Shown here one piece after another: positions 1-10,324 of a stretch of DNA of 64,000 nucleotides; position 1 is the first letter of the stretch; the number at the start of each line of letters is the position of its first letter. This DNA is from a virus: positions 32,001-96,000 of IMG/VR virus record IMGVR_UViG_3300031772_000002. One strand, written 5' to 3'. Below the pieces are notes generated by a model. That model had not been told where the DNA came from. It saw nothing but the letters and a program-made list of their open reading frames with translations, and did not search any database. A program made the translations under genes and the position numbers.

Positions 1-2
1 CA

Positions 3-167
3 TACAATCAAGACACTTCTTATATTATTAAAACATCTAAATTTATTAAAAATGGTTTAATTAAGGCGTCTTCTTATATTAATAAAAATAATTTTTTAAA
101 TAAAACACTTGTAATTAATGAACAAAAAGAATATGATTTAAAAGAAAAGTTGTTAAAACTAAAATAA
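3..167 (+). CDS. 3' end of an upstream gene (partial)
   Basis: Open frame from the window edge, YNQDTSYIIKTSK...KLLKLK*, ending TAA 165-167. Confidence 0.45.
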   Translation, partial: YNQDTSYIIKTSKFIKNGLIKASSYINKNNFLNKTLVINEQKEYDLKEKLLKLK

Positions 168-262
168 GTTAGTATATTTGTATTGTGGCTTTGTATAAAT
201 AAAAAAAATAGATAAATTAATGTAGAATAAAATTTAACATTTAATTTTAATGGAGGAATTGT

Positions 263-1168
263 ATGAGTAAAAAAACTACATTCGAAGACCATGTTAAAAT
301 AATAGAAGCTGGTCATCAAAAAGTTGCGGGTCTAAATCCAAAAACAGGAAAAATTCAAAGTTCTTTTCTTGACAAATTAGCACAAGAAATGGGATTTTCA
401 ACAGAAGATGTAATACCTGACAACACAACGGTTGCGGGTACTGATCCTAATGTTGAATCTGCTATGGATCAAGTTATTGGCGATCAACTTATTCTTTCAG
501 GCGGAGATCCTGTTGAAATAGCTGCTGGGGAAGTTCCTGCCGCTGCAACTCCTACAGATCAAAATCTTCCTATTTCAGATGGTGATTCAGTAATTACTGA
601 TGCTAATAATTTTAGCAGGGAGCCTGAAGCTGTTGCCGCTGCTGCAGTTGGTGGTGGAGGTGATGAATCAGGAAAGTCTGCTATTGAAGGACCTGTTAAC
701 GCTGAAACTATTGATGAAGAAGCTGCTAGTATTGGTGAGAAAATTGCATATGCTTTTCAAAATACTCTTGCAAAGCAAGCTGAAGATGCTGAATATTCTC
801 AGGCTCTTGAAATTTTAAAAGAGGCCGGTGTTCTTGAAGGATACAATATTCATGATGAAGGTATTGAAAAGTCAGCTTCAGGAAATATTGATTATATTGA
901 AAAAATTTCAAGTCGCCAACCTTTAACGCGCCAGGATATTATTGGAGCTGCTTATCAGGTTGTTGAGTTTGAAAAGAATGCGGCTGATGCAGAAAATAGA
1001 GGAAGAGAAGACGCTCATGCTCTTGTTGAGATGGTGGCTAAAAGTACAGAAGAGGTTTCTGCTATTGAAAAACAAGCATCGTCAGAGCAACAGGCAATAG
1101 ATAATCTTATGAAAGATCCTGCAGTTGTTAATGCAGTAAAAGTATTGAAAAGTAGAAATATAATTTAA
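263..1168 (+). CDS. Acidic prohead scaffold/core-like protein with multiple K-x-A/S motifs
   Basis: GGAGG RBS; acidic and low-complexity; DKLA, EKIA, AKQA, EKSA, EKNA, EKQA; upstream of head genes. Confidence 0.6.
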   Translation: MSKKTTFEDHVKIIEAGHQKVAGLNPKTGKIQSSFLDKLAQEMGFSTEDVIPDNTTVAGTDPNVESAMDQVIGDQLILSGGDPVEIAAGEVPAAATPTDQNLPISDGDSVITDANNFSREPEAVAAAAVGGGGDESGKSAIEGPVNAETIDEEAASIGEKIAYAFQNTLAKQAEDAEYSQALEILKEAGVLEGYNIHDEGIEKSASGNIDYIEKISSRQPLTRQDIIGAAYQVVEFEKNAADAENRGREDAHALVEMVAKSTEEVSAIEKQASSEQQAIDNLMKDPAVVNAVKVLKSRNII

Positions 1169-1189
1169 TCACAAAATTAATTAATTTTT

Positions 1190-1705
1190 GTGAGTATAAA
1201 TATGCAACAAGATATTAATATAGGTAGAATGATTTTAGATTTTATATCTTCTAAAAATTCTACTGAAAATACTGAAAAAATAGCATCAAACATTAATTTT
1301 AATGAAGCTAAAAAAATATCTGAAGGATTATTTAAAATAGCTTCATATCCATATAATGAAAATGTGTATGGATCTATTCAGGAGATAATGAAGATTGCTT
1401 CAAATTGTATTAGTTCTTTATTACAAACACTTAAAACTTCAAATTCGCAAGTTGTTGAATTAGAGAAGGCCGCTGAAATCAGATGTTTATTAGATGATAT
1501 GATTAAAAATGGACTTGTTAGTGATAATAATGTCGAAGAAAAGATAGCTGAATTAATGAAAAAAGATCATAATAATCTTTTAATATTAAAAGAAGCTATA
1601 AAACTTGCAAATAATAAAGAAAGTGAAAGTTTAATATTTGAACAAAATACTAATGAAGGATCTAAATCACGAATTAAACGTGGTATATTTGATGGTATTT
1701 TATAA
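1190..1705 (+). CDS. Helical head assembly/scaffold-like protein (repeated K-I/A-A motifs)
   Basis: EKIAS, FKIAS, MKIAS, EKAAE, EKIAE, IKLAN; position in head cluster; ATG alternative at 1202. Confidence 0.5.
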   Translation: MSINMQQDINIGRMILDFISSKNSTENTEKIASNINFNEAKKISEGLFKIASYPYNENVYGSIQEIMKIASNCISSLLQTLKTSNSQVVELEKAAEIRCLLDDMIKNGLVSDNNVEEKIAELMKKDHNNLLILKEAIKLANNKESESLIFEQNTNEGSKSRIKRGIFDGIL

Positions 1706-1767
1706 TTTTTTTTTTAACTATTAATAATTTCACCATTGTATATGGATTGAAATGATTGGAGAAACTT

Positions 1768-2229
1768 ATGCTAGATGTATTGACTCTTTTGAATAAAGTT
1801 GAGCGTGTGTCTCGTTTATTTGAACTTGACAATTTTGTTGCGGTTCCTGGAATATGGGCTGAAGTTGTTGATGATGGTTCTATTAAAAACGTTGTTACTG
1901 ATACTCCTGCTAAATGCAATAAACTTGTATTTAGTGGAGTTTCAGACAATGTTTACGAAAATAACGATACAAAGGCCGGCAGGGTAACTACCATAGAATC
2001 GCATGGTATTCGTTGTAAAGTTGATTCGGAAGGATATGATGGAACTATAAATGTTAATGATGATCTTGTTGTAGCCACAGGAGCAGGCATTGAAGGTAAA
2101 CTTGTGTCTGTAGCAGAAACAGCAGAGACAGGAATATATGAAGTTGTAGCTCGTGCTGAAGAGGTTAATGATACAGAAGGTTGGATTATATTCAGAACAT
2201 TGTCTCCTTCATATATTACATTAACGTAA
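1768..2229 (+). CDS. Putative head decoration/cement protein
   Basis: GGAG RBS then ATG 1768; small Gly/Val-rich beta-type protein between scaffold-like genes and MCP. Confidence 0.5.
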   Translation: MLDVLTLLNKVERVSRLFELDNFVAVPGIWAEVVDDGSIKNVVTDTPAKCNKLVFSGVSDNVYENNDTKAGRVTTIESHGIRCKVDSEGYDGTINVNDDLVVATGAGIEGKLVSVAETAETGIYEVVARAEEVNDTEGWIIFRTLSPSYITLT

Positions 2230-2266
2230 TTAATTATATTTGTATAAAATTCACACACTTATTAGT

Positions 2267-2299
2267 AAAAATCCCATAGTTTTAACTATGGGATTTTTT
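2267..2299 (+). terminator. Intrinsic terminator
   Basis: AAAAATCCCATAGTT-TT-AACTATGGGATTTTT perfect stem with T tract. Confidence 0.85.
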
Positions 2300-2309
2300 G
2301 GATTTTATC

Positions 2310-3734
2310 ATGACAAGAGGAATATTATTTATAGTATTTGGTGATTATTATAAATTAGCAATACAAACAATTACATATTCTCGTCAATTTACAAATCTTC
2401 CTATACAGATTATATACAATATTAAAGATCTTCCAGATTATTTAAAAATTAATAATACAATATTTACATATTCTAATCTGAATACTGAACTTAATAGACA
2501 AATAAAAACATTAATGCATTTACATTCAGTATTTGATGAAACTATTTATATTGATTGTGATGCGGTAATACAAAATTATGGCATAGAAAATGTTTTTAAA
2601 TATTTTGATGAAGGGAATGATTTACTTTTAGTAAATTATGGATTTTATAGAACTTCAGAAATTGTTCGTCGCCAATCTCCTTATACTAGTATATTTAAAA
2701 AATTTAATATTGAATCTCCTGTTTGTATATATTATGGGGCATTTATTGGATTTAAGAAAAATGATAATGTGTCTGATTTTTTTATAAAATGGAACAAAAA
2801 TTGGAAAGAAGATGGTGGTGGCAGAGAAATGCCTGCTTTATCAATGACAACACATTATACTAATGCCGTTATTAAAAATATTGAAATTAAAGACGATATA
2901 TTCATGTGGAAACCATATAATCCAAAATCTATTATACAACATGAGTTTGGAGGAGGGTCAGCCTTTTGGAAAAAATATTTTAATTTTAGTAAAAATTTAA
3001 TAGAAATTAAAAATAAAATAGAACTAGTTGAAGATATTGATAAAAATAAAATAGAATTAGTAAAAGATATTGATAAAAATAAAATAGAACTAGTTGAAGA
3101 TATTGATAAAAATAAAATAGAATTAGTAAAAGATATTAATGAAAATAAAATAAAATATAAAAATATCGATATAAAATCAAAAAATGTATTTGTAGATTGT
3201 GGATCTTTTAAAGGTGGAATCGCAAAAATTTTTAAATTAAAAAATCTTCATTATAAAGTTTTTGCTTTTGAATGTAATCCTTTTTTATCGTTAGCTATAT
3301 ATAGAAATCATATAATTAAAATTAATAAAGCTGTATGGATATATGATGGATTTGTAGATTATTATCTATCAGATGTTAGATTGGAAAATTTAAAAAATTC
3401 TTCTTTATATAAATATAATAGAAATTTAAATTTAAATACAATTAAACAATATCAGGTTCCATGTATTGATTTTAGTAATTGGTTAGGTAGTAATTTTAAT
3501 GAAAATGATAATGTAATTGTAAGAATGAATATTGCTGGCGCTGAATATGAAGTTTTAAAAAAATGTATTAATGATGGAACCATTTATTTAATTAAAAAAT
3601 TATTAGTACAATGGAGTTATAATAAAATAGATTCTATTAAACATTTACATAATGAAATATTCAATAAATTAGTTGATTTAAAAATAAATATAATAAATAA
3701 GCATATAGATCTTTATATTAATAATCAGGTATAG
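2310..3734 (+). CDS. GT-A glycosyltransferase fused by a repeat linker to an FkbM-like methyltransferase domain
   Basis: YIDCDA DxD motif; C-terminal FVDCGSFKG..FAFECNP..AVWIYDG..IDFSNWL..MNIAGAEY. Confidence 0.7.
   Translation: MTRGILFIVFGDYYKLAIQTITYSRQFTNLPIQIIYNIKDLPDYLKINNTIFTYSNLNTELNRQIKTLMHLHSVFDETIYIDCDAVIQNYGIENVFKYFDEGNDLLLVNYGFYRTSEIVRRQSPYTSIFKKFNIESPVCIYYGAFIGFKKNDNVSDFFIKWNKNWKEDGGGREMPALSMTTHYTNAVIKNIEIKDDIFMWKPYNPKSIIQHEFGGGSAFWKKYFNFSKNLIEIKNKIELVEDIDKNKIELVKDIDKNKIELVEDIDKNKIELVKDINENKIKYKNIDIKSKNVFVDCGSFKGGIAKIFKLKNLHYKVFAFECNPFLSLAIYRNHIIKINKAVWIYDGFVDYYLSDVRLENLKNSSLYKYNRNLNLNTIKQYQVPCIDFSNWLGSNFNENDNVIVRMNIAGAEYEVLKKCINDGTIYLIKKLLVQWSYNKIDSIKHLHNEIFNKLVDLKINIINKHIDLYINNQV
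3009..3140 (+). repeat. 4 x 33-bp tandem repeat (ABAB) encoding KNKIELV(E/K)DID linker
   Basis: Directly visible in DNA and protein. Confidence 0.9.
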
Positions 3735-3738
3735 TATC

Positions 3739-4623
3739 ATGAGTATTGGAATATTAGTAAGTCATACTCCTGTACACATGAATAAATATTTTTCTTCAAA
3801 AAATTTAGCAAATGCATTAAATGCAAAATTATTTCAAATAGGGATTAAAAAAATAGAAGGAATTGATCATTTAATAATTATTGGTATGAAAGGTTTAGAT
3901 ACTTATAGTAAATTAAATGATAAAAATTTTAAATCAGTATCGGTTATATTTAGTGATACAAGATTTTGCATTGAACATAAATGGTGTAATGATTATGTTA
4001 TTAAAAATAATATACCAGTTTATGCCATGCCAGATCTTAATAATTTTATACGATGTAAATATGTTCCAGCTTATCAAACAATAACATGTCCAAATATTAT
4101 TGTTGAAAAGCCAACTGATAGAACAGTTATATGCCATTCTCCTGGAATAAAATGTTTAGATAATTGGAAAGGTACAAACCAAATCGAAAAAATTGTTAAT
4201 GAATTATCAAAAGAATATAAAATAGAATATAAATTATTAACAGGTTTATCAAATGGGCAATGTATAAAAGAAAAAAGTTCTGCTCATATTTTTGTTGATC
4301 AATTAATAAAAGGAAATAAATTTGTTGATCAAAAAAGATTTGGAGGGGATATAGTATATAATGGTGGACTTGGCAAATCTGGAATAGAAGGAATGTGTTT
4401 AAGGTGTTGTGTAATTACAAGTATGGATGAAGTTGAAACAGAACCATACTTTCCGTTTCCTCCTATCGTTATAACTGATTATGATAATTTTAAAGATGAT
4501 TTAGAAAGAATTATATGCAATGTTGGTTATAGAAATTTGTTTATAGAAAAACAAAAAAAATGGGTTGATAGATATTGTAGTCCTGAATTTGTATCAATGA
4601 ATGTTTTAAGGCATATTTTATGA
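3739..4623 (+). CDS. GT-B-type glycosyltransferase
   Basis: ICHSP..WKGT..FVDQ..GGLGKSGIEGMCLRCCVI resembles the GT-B C-terminal E motif. Confidence 0.55.
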   Translation: MSIGILVSHTPVHMNKYFSSKNLANALNAKLFQIGIKKIEGIDHLIIIGMKGLDTYSKLNDKNFKSVSVIFSDTRFCIEHKWCNDYVIKNNIPVYAMPDLNNFIRCKYVPAYQTITCPNIIVEKPTDRTVICHSPGIKCLDNWKGTNQIEKIVNELSKEYKIEYKLLTGLSNGQCIKEKSSAHIFVDQLIKGNKFVDQKRFGGDIVYNGGLGKSGIEGMCLRCCVITSMDEVETEPYFPFPPIVITDYDNFKDDLERIICNVGYRNLFIEKQKKWVDRYCSPEFVSMNVLRHIL

Positions 4624-4871
4624 GTTTAAGAAGTGCATCCAAACTTAGAACTATATGTGAAGTAATTAGAGAAGTTAATGATATACTTCAAAATAAAGAA
4701 ATTCATAAAGAAATATTGCCAAAATTAATAGAAATTGAATATATGGCAAAAAAAATGGAAAAAAAACTTCTTGAATATAATAGAAATGGTTTTCCTGATT
4801 GGTGGAAAGAAAATGAAGATTATGAAAAAGATTTAGAAAAAAGGATTGATAAATCATATTTAGCAGAATAG
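4620..4871 (+). CDS. Hypothetical protein
   Basis: ATGA overlap with previous gene; 83 aa. Confidence 0.6.
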   Translation: MSLRSASKLRTICEVIREVNDILQNKEIHKEILPKLIEIEYMAKKMEKKLLEYNRNGFPDWWKENEDYEKDLEKRIDKSYLAE

Positions 4872-4879
4872 GATTAAAA

Positions 4880-5473
4880 ATGAAAGTATATATTGATTGT
4901 GGATCATACGAAGGTGGAACAATAAGAAAATTTATAAAAAGTGATTATTATTCTAATGATTTTAAAATTTATGCATTTGATCCAAATCCAAGACTAACTC
5001 AATCAAATTATTGTGATAATGTTATTTTTATTAAAAAGGCTGTTTGGACATCTAATGGTGTTATTGATTTTTATATAAATACAAAAAATACTAATAAACA
5101 ATGCGGGTCTTCCATTATTAAAGAAAAAATTACAGGATCTCTTGATAAAAAAAATCCTATAAAGGTTGATGCTATAGATTTTAGTTTATGGTTAAAAAAT
5201 AATTTTACTATTAATGATTATATTATTATACAAATGAATATTGAAGGGGCTGAATATAATGTTCTAAATAAATGTATTGATGATGGAAGTATTAATTTAA
5301 TAAATAAATTATTTGTTCAATTTCATGAAAAAAAAATATTTTTTGGAATTGATAATCATAATAAATTATTAAGGAGACTTGCAAATATAAAAGGATTATC
5401 ATTGCATATAGATAGTAAGGATCCGCTTGAACAAGAATTTTATGAGTTACACAAATGCTATACCAATGTTTAA
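4880..5473 (+). CDS. FkbM-family SAM methyltransferase
   Basis: YIDCGSYEG, YAFDPNP, KAVWTSNG, IDFSLWL, MNIEGAEY, VQFH. Confidence 0.8.
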   Translation: MKVYIDCGSYEGGTIRKFIKSDYYSNDFKIYAFDPNPRLTQSNYCDNVIFIKKAVWTSNGVIDFYINTKNTNKQCGSSIIKEKITGSLDKKNPIKVDAIDFSLWLKNNFTINDYIIIQMNIEGAEYNVLNKCIDDGSINLINKLFVQFHEKKIFFGIDNHNKLLRRLANIKGLSLHIDSKDPLEQEFYELHKCYTNV

Positions 5474-5529
5474 TAAATTATACGGGCACACCAAGAACTG
5501 CTCAATTTGGAAATGATTATTGTGGTTAA
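5455..5529 (+). pseudogene. 24-codon remnant resembling the N-terminus of the next methyltransferase
   Basis: Encodes GTPRTAQFG versus GTPRTAQIG in the 5539 ORF. Confidence 0.45.
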
Positions 5530-5538
5530 GGTGTTAAA

Positions 5539-6213
5539 ATGTCTAAATTAATAAAAATTAAAGGAACTCCACGAACAGCTCAGATTGGAAGTGAAATTGA
5601 TGGTTATAGATCATTTAGTGATAATCATAATATAGAAAGAGTTGTTGAATATCCATGGGCTTTAAAATTTTTAAAATATATTAAAAGTGGAAAAAGAGAA
5701 AAGGTATTAGATATTGGTCCAGGGCCATTTTATGTTTTTCCACAAATATTACAATATATGAATTATAATGTTGTTATTATAGATGTTGGACCATATGCTG
5801 ATAGAATTATAAAAGATGATATTTGTGAAACTAAATTATTATCAAATGAATTTAATGTTGTTTTTTGTATTAATGTAATACAATTATGTTATGATCATTT
5901 ATTAGCTATTAATAATATTCATAGAATATTAAAAAATAATGGACTTGCTGTTATTACTGCTGGTTTTAGTAAAGAAAAAAAAGATTTATCAGTTAGAGGA
6001 TATATTTGTAATAAAAATAAAGTTAAGACTAATGGGTGTTTTACAATATATCAACAAGAAGTTGATGAATGGATAAAAAAATTTTCTAAGTGTTTGGAAA
6101 TTATATATTGGAAAGCGTGGGAAACGGATTGGCATGTTGGAGATAGGCTTCCGTTTCCTATCGAATACGGAATAGATGAAGCTCAGTTAATTGGAATTAC
6201 TTTACAAAAATAA
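5539..6213 (+). CDS. Class I SAM-dependent methyltransferase
   Basis: ERVVEYPW, VLDIGPG motif I, IHRILKNNGLAVIT. Confidence 0.75.
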   Translation: MSKLIKIKGTPRTAQIGSEIDGYRSFSDNHNIERVVEYPWALKFLKYIKSGKREKVLDIGPGPFYVFPQILQYMNYNVVIIDVGPYADRIIKDDICETKLLSNEFNVVFCINVIQLCYDHLLAINNIHRILKNNGLAVITAGFSKEKKDLSVRGYICNKNKVKTNGCFTIYQQEVDEWIKKFSKCLEIIYWKAWETDWHVGDRLPFPIEYGIDEAQLIGITLQK

Positions 6214-6216
6214 ATT

Positions 6217-6825
6217 ATGGATAAAGAAAAATTTATATTAGATAGAAATACTGGAGTTTTAGATCAGATATGGGAAAGATATTTTGATAAAACGCATCCT
6301 AAACATCAACAAGTTGTAAATAGATTTAATTGGATTATTGATAGAGTACATGGCCCAAGAGTAATTGATATTGGATGCTCTAATGGATTGGGTATTTTTC
6401 TTTTTTCAAAAATAAATGATGTGGAAGAAATATATGGAATTGATATATGTGAAAAAATAATTGAAATGGCTAAAGTTAATAATTGTAATTCTAATAAAAA
6501 AATTGTTATTAAAACAGGAATGGCCGAAAAACTTGAGTTTGAAAATAGTTTTTTTGATTGTATAATAATGGGAGAAACTCTTGAGCATGTTTTTAATGAT
6601 ATAGATTCTATTTATGAGGCTTATAGGGTATTAAAAAATAAAGGTACAATTATTATAACAATTCCTGAGGGTGGAAGAATTTCAAGAAACCATCTTCGTG
6701 TATATTCAGAACAATCTATTGTTGATTTACTTACTATAACAAAATTTAAAATAATTGAAATTCATAGAATGTTATCAGGTCACGGGTCGTCTTCATATTG
6801 GATATTAATAAAAGCTATAAAATAA
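6217..6825 (+). CDS. Class I SAM-dependent methyltransferase (Methyltransf_11/25-like)
   Basis: VIDIGCSNG, YGIDI, FDCIIMGETLEHV, RVLKNKGTIIITIP. Confidence 0.85.
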   Translation: MDKEKFILDRNTGVLDQIWERYFDKTHPKHQQVVNRFNWIIDRVHGPRVIDIGCSNGLGIFLFSKINDVEEIYGIDICEKIIEMAKVNNCNSNKKIVIKTGMAEKLEFENSFFDCIIMGETLEHVFNDIDSIYEAYRVLKNKGTIIITIPEGGRISRNHLRVYSEQSIVDLLTITKFKIIEIHRMLSGHGSSSYWILIKAIK

Positions 6826-7754
6826 TGAATTATTTATTTCTTAGAGGGAAAGCAGCTGCTATATATGAAAAATCAGATATGTGGCAAAGTTTATTTATTA
6901 ATATGGTTGGTGGTAATGAAAATGGAGAAATGATATGTTATGGAAAAAAAGAATTTCATCAGGTATTAAATAATTTTAGTATTATATGCACTGATGATAT
7001 AAAAAATTATGAAGCGCCATTTGAACCAAATGTTATATTTTCAAGAGGTGGATTTGGATGGAATGATATTATTTTAAATAAATATAAATCTACAATTAAA
7101 ATTTATTATGGAGCAGGCCCTCGTTATAATCCAAAGAATGATATTTATTATGATATAATTTTAACAGATTGTAAAGAATTTTTAACTAATTGTAAATTAG
7201 ATCATAATAATTCTAAAGTAGTTCCATGGATAAAGCCTGCACATCCTGATTTTGCTCCTCCATTGTCTTATAGTCATGAATATGATATTTGTTATATTGG
7301 AAATACAAAAGAACCTAGACCACATAAGGGTCATAAGTTTGTAAAAGAAACGTGTCCTAAAAATTTAAGTATTTTACATCTTGGATATAAATCTGAAATT
7401 GATGATTTGAATAATGTAATTAATAAATTAGTATCAAGAAATGAAATGTCATATTGGATAGGTAAATGTAAAATTGGAATAATTCCATCTTTAATAGATT
7501 ATTGTCCACGTGCAATGTCTGAAATGCTTGCATGTGGCCTACCTGTTATTGCTCTTGATACAGTAAATTTTTGGCCTGAAATTTATAGAGATGTTATTGT
7601 TTTAAATAAAGAAAATTTTTGGAATGGTATAAATAAATTATTAAATTCTGATATTAATCATAAAGAAATAAGCGACACATATCAAAATGAATTATCAATT
7701 GGAGTTGCTTCAAGTTATTTAAAAAATTTAATTAATGAAAAAAAGTATGTATAA
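6825..7754 (+). CDS. GT-B (GT4-like) glycosyltransferase
   Basis: TAATG coupling at 6823-6827; HKGH and PRAMSEMLACGLPVI signature. Confidence 0.75.
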   Translation: MNYLFLRGKAAAIYEKSDMWQSLFINMVGGNENGEMICYGKKEFHQVLNNFSIICTDDIKNYEAPFEPNVIFSRGGFGWNDIILNKYKSTIKIYYGAGPRYNPKNDIYYDIILTDCKEFLTNCKLDHNNSKVVPWIKPAHPDFAPPLSYSHEYDICYIGNTKEPRPHKGHKFVKETCPKNLSILHLGYKSEIDDLNNVINKLVSRNEMSYWIGKCKIGIIPSLIDYCPRAMSEMLACGLPVIALDTVNFWPEIYRDVIVLNKENFWNGINKLLNSDINHKEISDTYQNELSIGVASSYLKNLINEKKYV

Positions 7755-7855
7755 TGTTAAAAATTAATTATATTATCTATATATGTACAAATTATTAATA
7801 ATATGTTATAATAAAAATATGTGAAACTATTTAAATTATACCAAAGGAGTTTTTT

Positions 7856-8881
7856 ATGTTAGAAACACATGCCGCCATTCAAGCTAATGAAGCTTTTATG
7901 GAAAAAATTGCCACTCTTGAGGGGCAGGCTCAGCTTTCAGAGGCAGGAAAACAGTATGTTAAAACTGAACTTCAGGAAGCAGCATTCTCACGAGCTATTG
8001 TTCCACAGGAACCAATTACTGTAGCAGATTGTCAAAGAAATGTTAATGATACATCATTGTATCTTATACGTGATATTGAACCGGATGCAGCTGCCGTAGC
8101 TGTAGATAATCTTGGAGAGCCGGATGGCCAATATGTAAAAGGCGAAAAGTATATAATACCGATCGTTAATTTTACCACAAAACGTTTTCAGATTACCTAT
8201 GAAGATCTTCGTTCGTATCAATATAAAATCACCAAACGCATTGAAGATAAATCCGTTCCTATTCTTGAAAAACTTGAAGATAAGTTTTTCCTTCGTATTT
8301 GCGGATCCGCTCTTGGCGTTGCAATTGATACCAAAAGAAAATGCGTAAAGTATGCAGGAGCAACAGCGCTTACAATTGATCAAAAAGATCTTGTAAAAAT
8401 TAAGAACACTCTTGCTTCAGGTATTAATGGCTCGGATTCAAAACGTAAAGAAGTGGGATGTATTTTAATGTGTCAGGAAGTTTTTGAGACAGCGGTATTT
8501 CTTCCAGGTGCTGGTGATGATTTTGGTAAAGACAGGGTTTTGAATGGTATTACTTCAGACACTCTTCATGGAACCAAAGTTATTAAAACCATTAAAAGTG
8601 ATATTCTTCCTGTCGGCCATATTTGGGCGTTTACAACTCCAGATTTTCTTGGTCATAATTTCTCATTAGGAGATCCTAATTTTGAAATTAAATCAAATTT
8701 TGGTCTTATTGAATGGCAGACAAAGGAATCGGTTGGTTTTAATATTGGCAATGCACTGTCTGTTGCATTACTTACACTTTTGGGTTCGGTAAATCCAGGA
8801 GGGTCAACTGATATTGAGGTTAAAGCTGACGGAATTCTTCCTGCAAATATTACAAACTATTATAAAGGTTTAAAACTGTAA
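7856..8881 (+). CDS. Major capsid protein (HK97-like fold, inferred)
   Basis: AAGGAG RBS, 341 aa, followed by strong terminator and neck genes; FSRAIVP..DIEP..LEKLEDKFFL pattern; N-terminal FMEKIA. Confidence 0.75.
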   Translation: MLETHAAIQANEAFMEKIATLEGQAQLSEAGKQYVKTELQEAAFSRAIVPQEPITVADCQRNVNDTSLYLIRDIEPDAAAVAVDNLGEPDGQYVKGEKYIIPIVNFTTKRFQITYEDLRSYQYKITKRIEDKSVPILEKLEDKFFLRICGSALGVAIDTKRKCVKYAGATALTIDQKDLVKIKNTLASGINGSDSKRKEVGCILMCQEVFETAVFLPGAGDDFGKDRVLNGITSDTLHGTKVIKTIKSDILPVGHIWAFTTPDFLGHNFSLGDPNFEIKSNFGLIEWQTKESVGFNIGNALSVALLTLLGSVNPGGSTDIEVKADGILPANITNYYKGLKL

Positions 8882-8913
8882 AAAGTTGTAATTTATTTTT
8901 TTTTGTTATCATG

Positions 8914-8950
8914 AAAGCCCAGCCCCAATTTGGAAGGGCTGGGTTTTTTT
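8914..8950 (+). terminator. Intrinsic terminator after MCP
   Basis: GCCCAGCCC...GGGCTGGGT followed by T tract. Confidence 0.85.
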
Positions 8951-8966
8951 GTTAAATAGGATAAAA

Positions 8967-9437
8967 ATGACATTAAGTGAATATAGAGTAGCTTTAAAAA
9001 ACTTTATTAAAGATCACGATATATTAAATAGATTAATAGAGTTTAAAGAAGAAAATTCAAGTAATGAATTGGATATGTATATCCATATGGCATTGGGTTT
9101 TTTAAATTCTACACCTCCAATGATTCAATCATATACTATATCTACATTTCCATTGCCATCTTTACTTATACACCAAGCATCAATTGAATGTTTAATTTCT
9201 AATGGTATAGTAATGGCTCGTAACGATCTTGCTTATAACAACGGTGGAATAAATGTAAAAATTTCTGATGGAACTCGATATCTACAGCAATTACAAACTT
9301 TATATGCTGTTGCTGATAAAGAAATAGATGTTTTAACTAAAATAAAAATAGCAATAAATATAAATGCAGGATGGGGAGGTGTTGCCTCTCCATATGCATC
9401 TTTGCATGGTTTAGAAGGAACTGTTATTGACGATTAA
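8967..9437 (+). CDS. Putative head-tail adaptor/neck protein
   Basis: Immediately after MCP; helical, with YNNGGINV motif; AGGA RBS before ATG 8967. Confidence 0.5.
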   Translation: MTLSEYRVALKNFIKDHDILNRLIEFKEENSSNELDMYIHMALGFLNSTPPMIQSYTISTFPLPSLLIHQASIECLISNGIVMARNDLAYNNGGINVKISDGTRYLQQLQTLYAVADKEIDVLTKIKIAININAGWGGVASPYASLHGLEGTVIDD

Positions 9438-9452
9438 TAAAAGGGGAGATGT

Positions 9453-10292
9453 ATGGAAAAAGTAAAAATTGTTATTGAAGATCTTCAAAAAATTGCTGAA
9501 ATGGGTAATATTTTAAATGCATTATTAAAATTAGCTGCTAAGGATGAAGAATCTAATTTTAATGAAAAATCAAATAAAGATAAGAAAAATGAAGATAGCA
9601 CTACAGATAATGAAGAAGGTGAAAGTGCTGAGGGCGAATCTACTGAAGAAGAACCTGTTGAAGATGTGGCCCAGGAAGAACAAGAAGTTGAACAACCTAT
9701 AGTTGACGCTCAAGTACCTCAAGAAACTAACACTCCTGCTCCTCAAGAAATAGGTGCTATGTCAGCAAGGGCATTTCTTGGTCCTGAAGTTTTTAATATG
9801 GCTATGCAAGGAAATCCAAATGCGCAAGATTTAATAGGTCGTGTAGCTGCTCATATTGCACAGGTTGGAACAGATTCAGCATCAAATCAAATGGATCAAA
9901 TGATTCAACAGCAATCTATGTCACAAAATGAAGGATATGCAGCCACTCCTGATGGTTATGCTCCACAAGAAGGTGGAGTAATAGATCCTAACGCTGTTCC
10001 GGTGGATCAAAATGGTGTTCCTATAGATCAAAATGCTATTCCTGTAAATTCAAATGTAGCACAGGGAGTTGTAACTCCTGAAGAAGATGTTGCTAATGAT
10101 ATAGTTCCTCCAGCAGCGCCTTCTAAAGCTTCTACAGGTTCATCTATTAAACCAAATTCAGTTAATGGTAGTCAAGTAGCATCTCAAGATCAAAATGCGG
10201 TAAAAGGCCCAGTAAACGTTAATGGGGTGAATATGTATGATGAAGAAACAGTAGCTAAATTAATTGAATTGGCTAAACAAGGACAAATTTAA
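9453..10292 (+). CDS. Acidic low-complexity virion/internal protein with K-x-A motifs
   Basis: EDLQKIA and LLKLAA near N-terminus; E/Q/P-rich; short VPVDQN repeats. Confidence 0.55.
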   Translation: MEKVKIVIEDLQKIAEMGNILNALLKLAAKDEESNFNEKSNKDKKNEDSTTDNEEGESAEGESTEEEPVEDVAQEEQEVEQPIVDAQVPQETNTPAPQEIGAMSARAFLGPEVFNMAMQGNPNAQDLIGRVAAHIAQVGTDSASNQMDQMIQQQSMSQNEGYAATPDGYAPQEGGVIDPNAVPVDQNGVPIDQNAIPVNSNVAQGVVTPEEDVANDIVPPAAPSKASTGSSIKPNSVNGSQVASQDQNAVKGPVNVNGVNMYDEETVAKLIELAKQGQI

Positions 10293-10324
10293 CAGGTAAA
10301 TTTAACTAGGTTTAAAGTTAAGTA

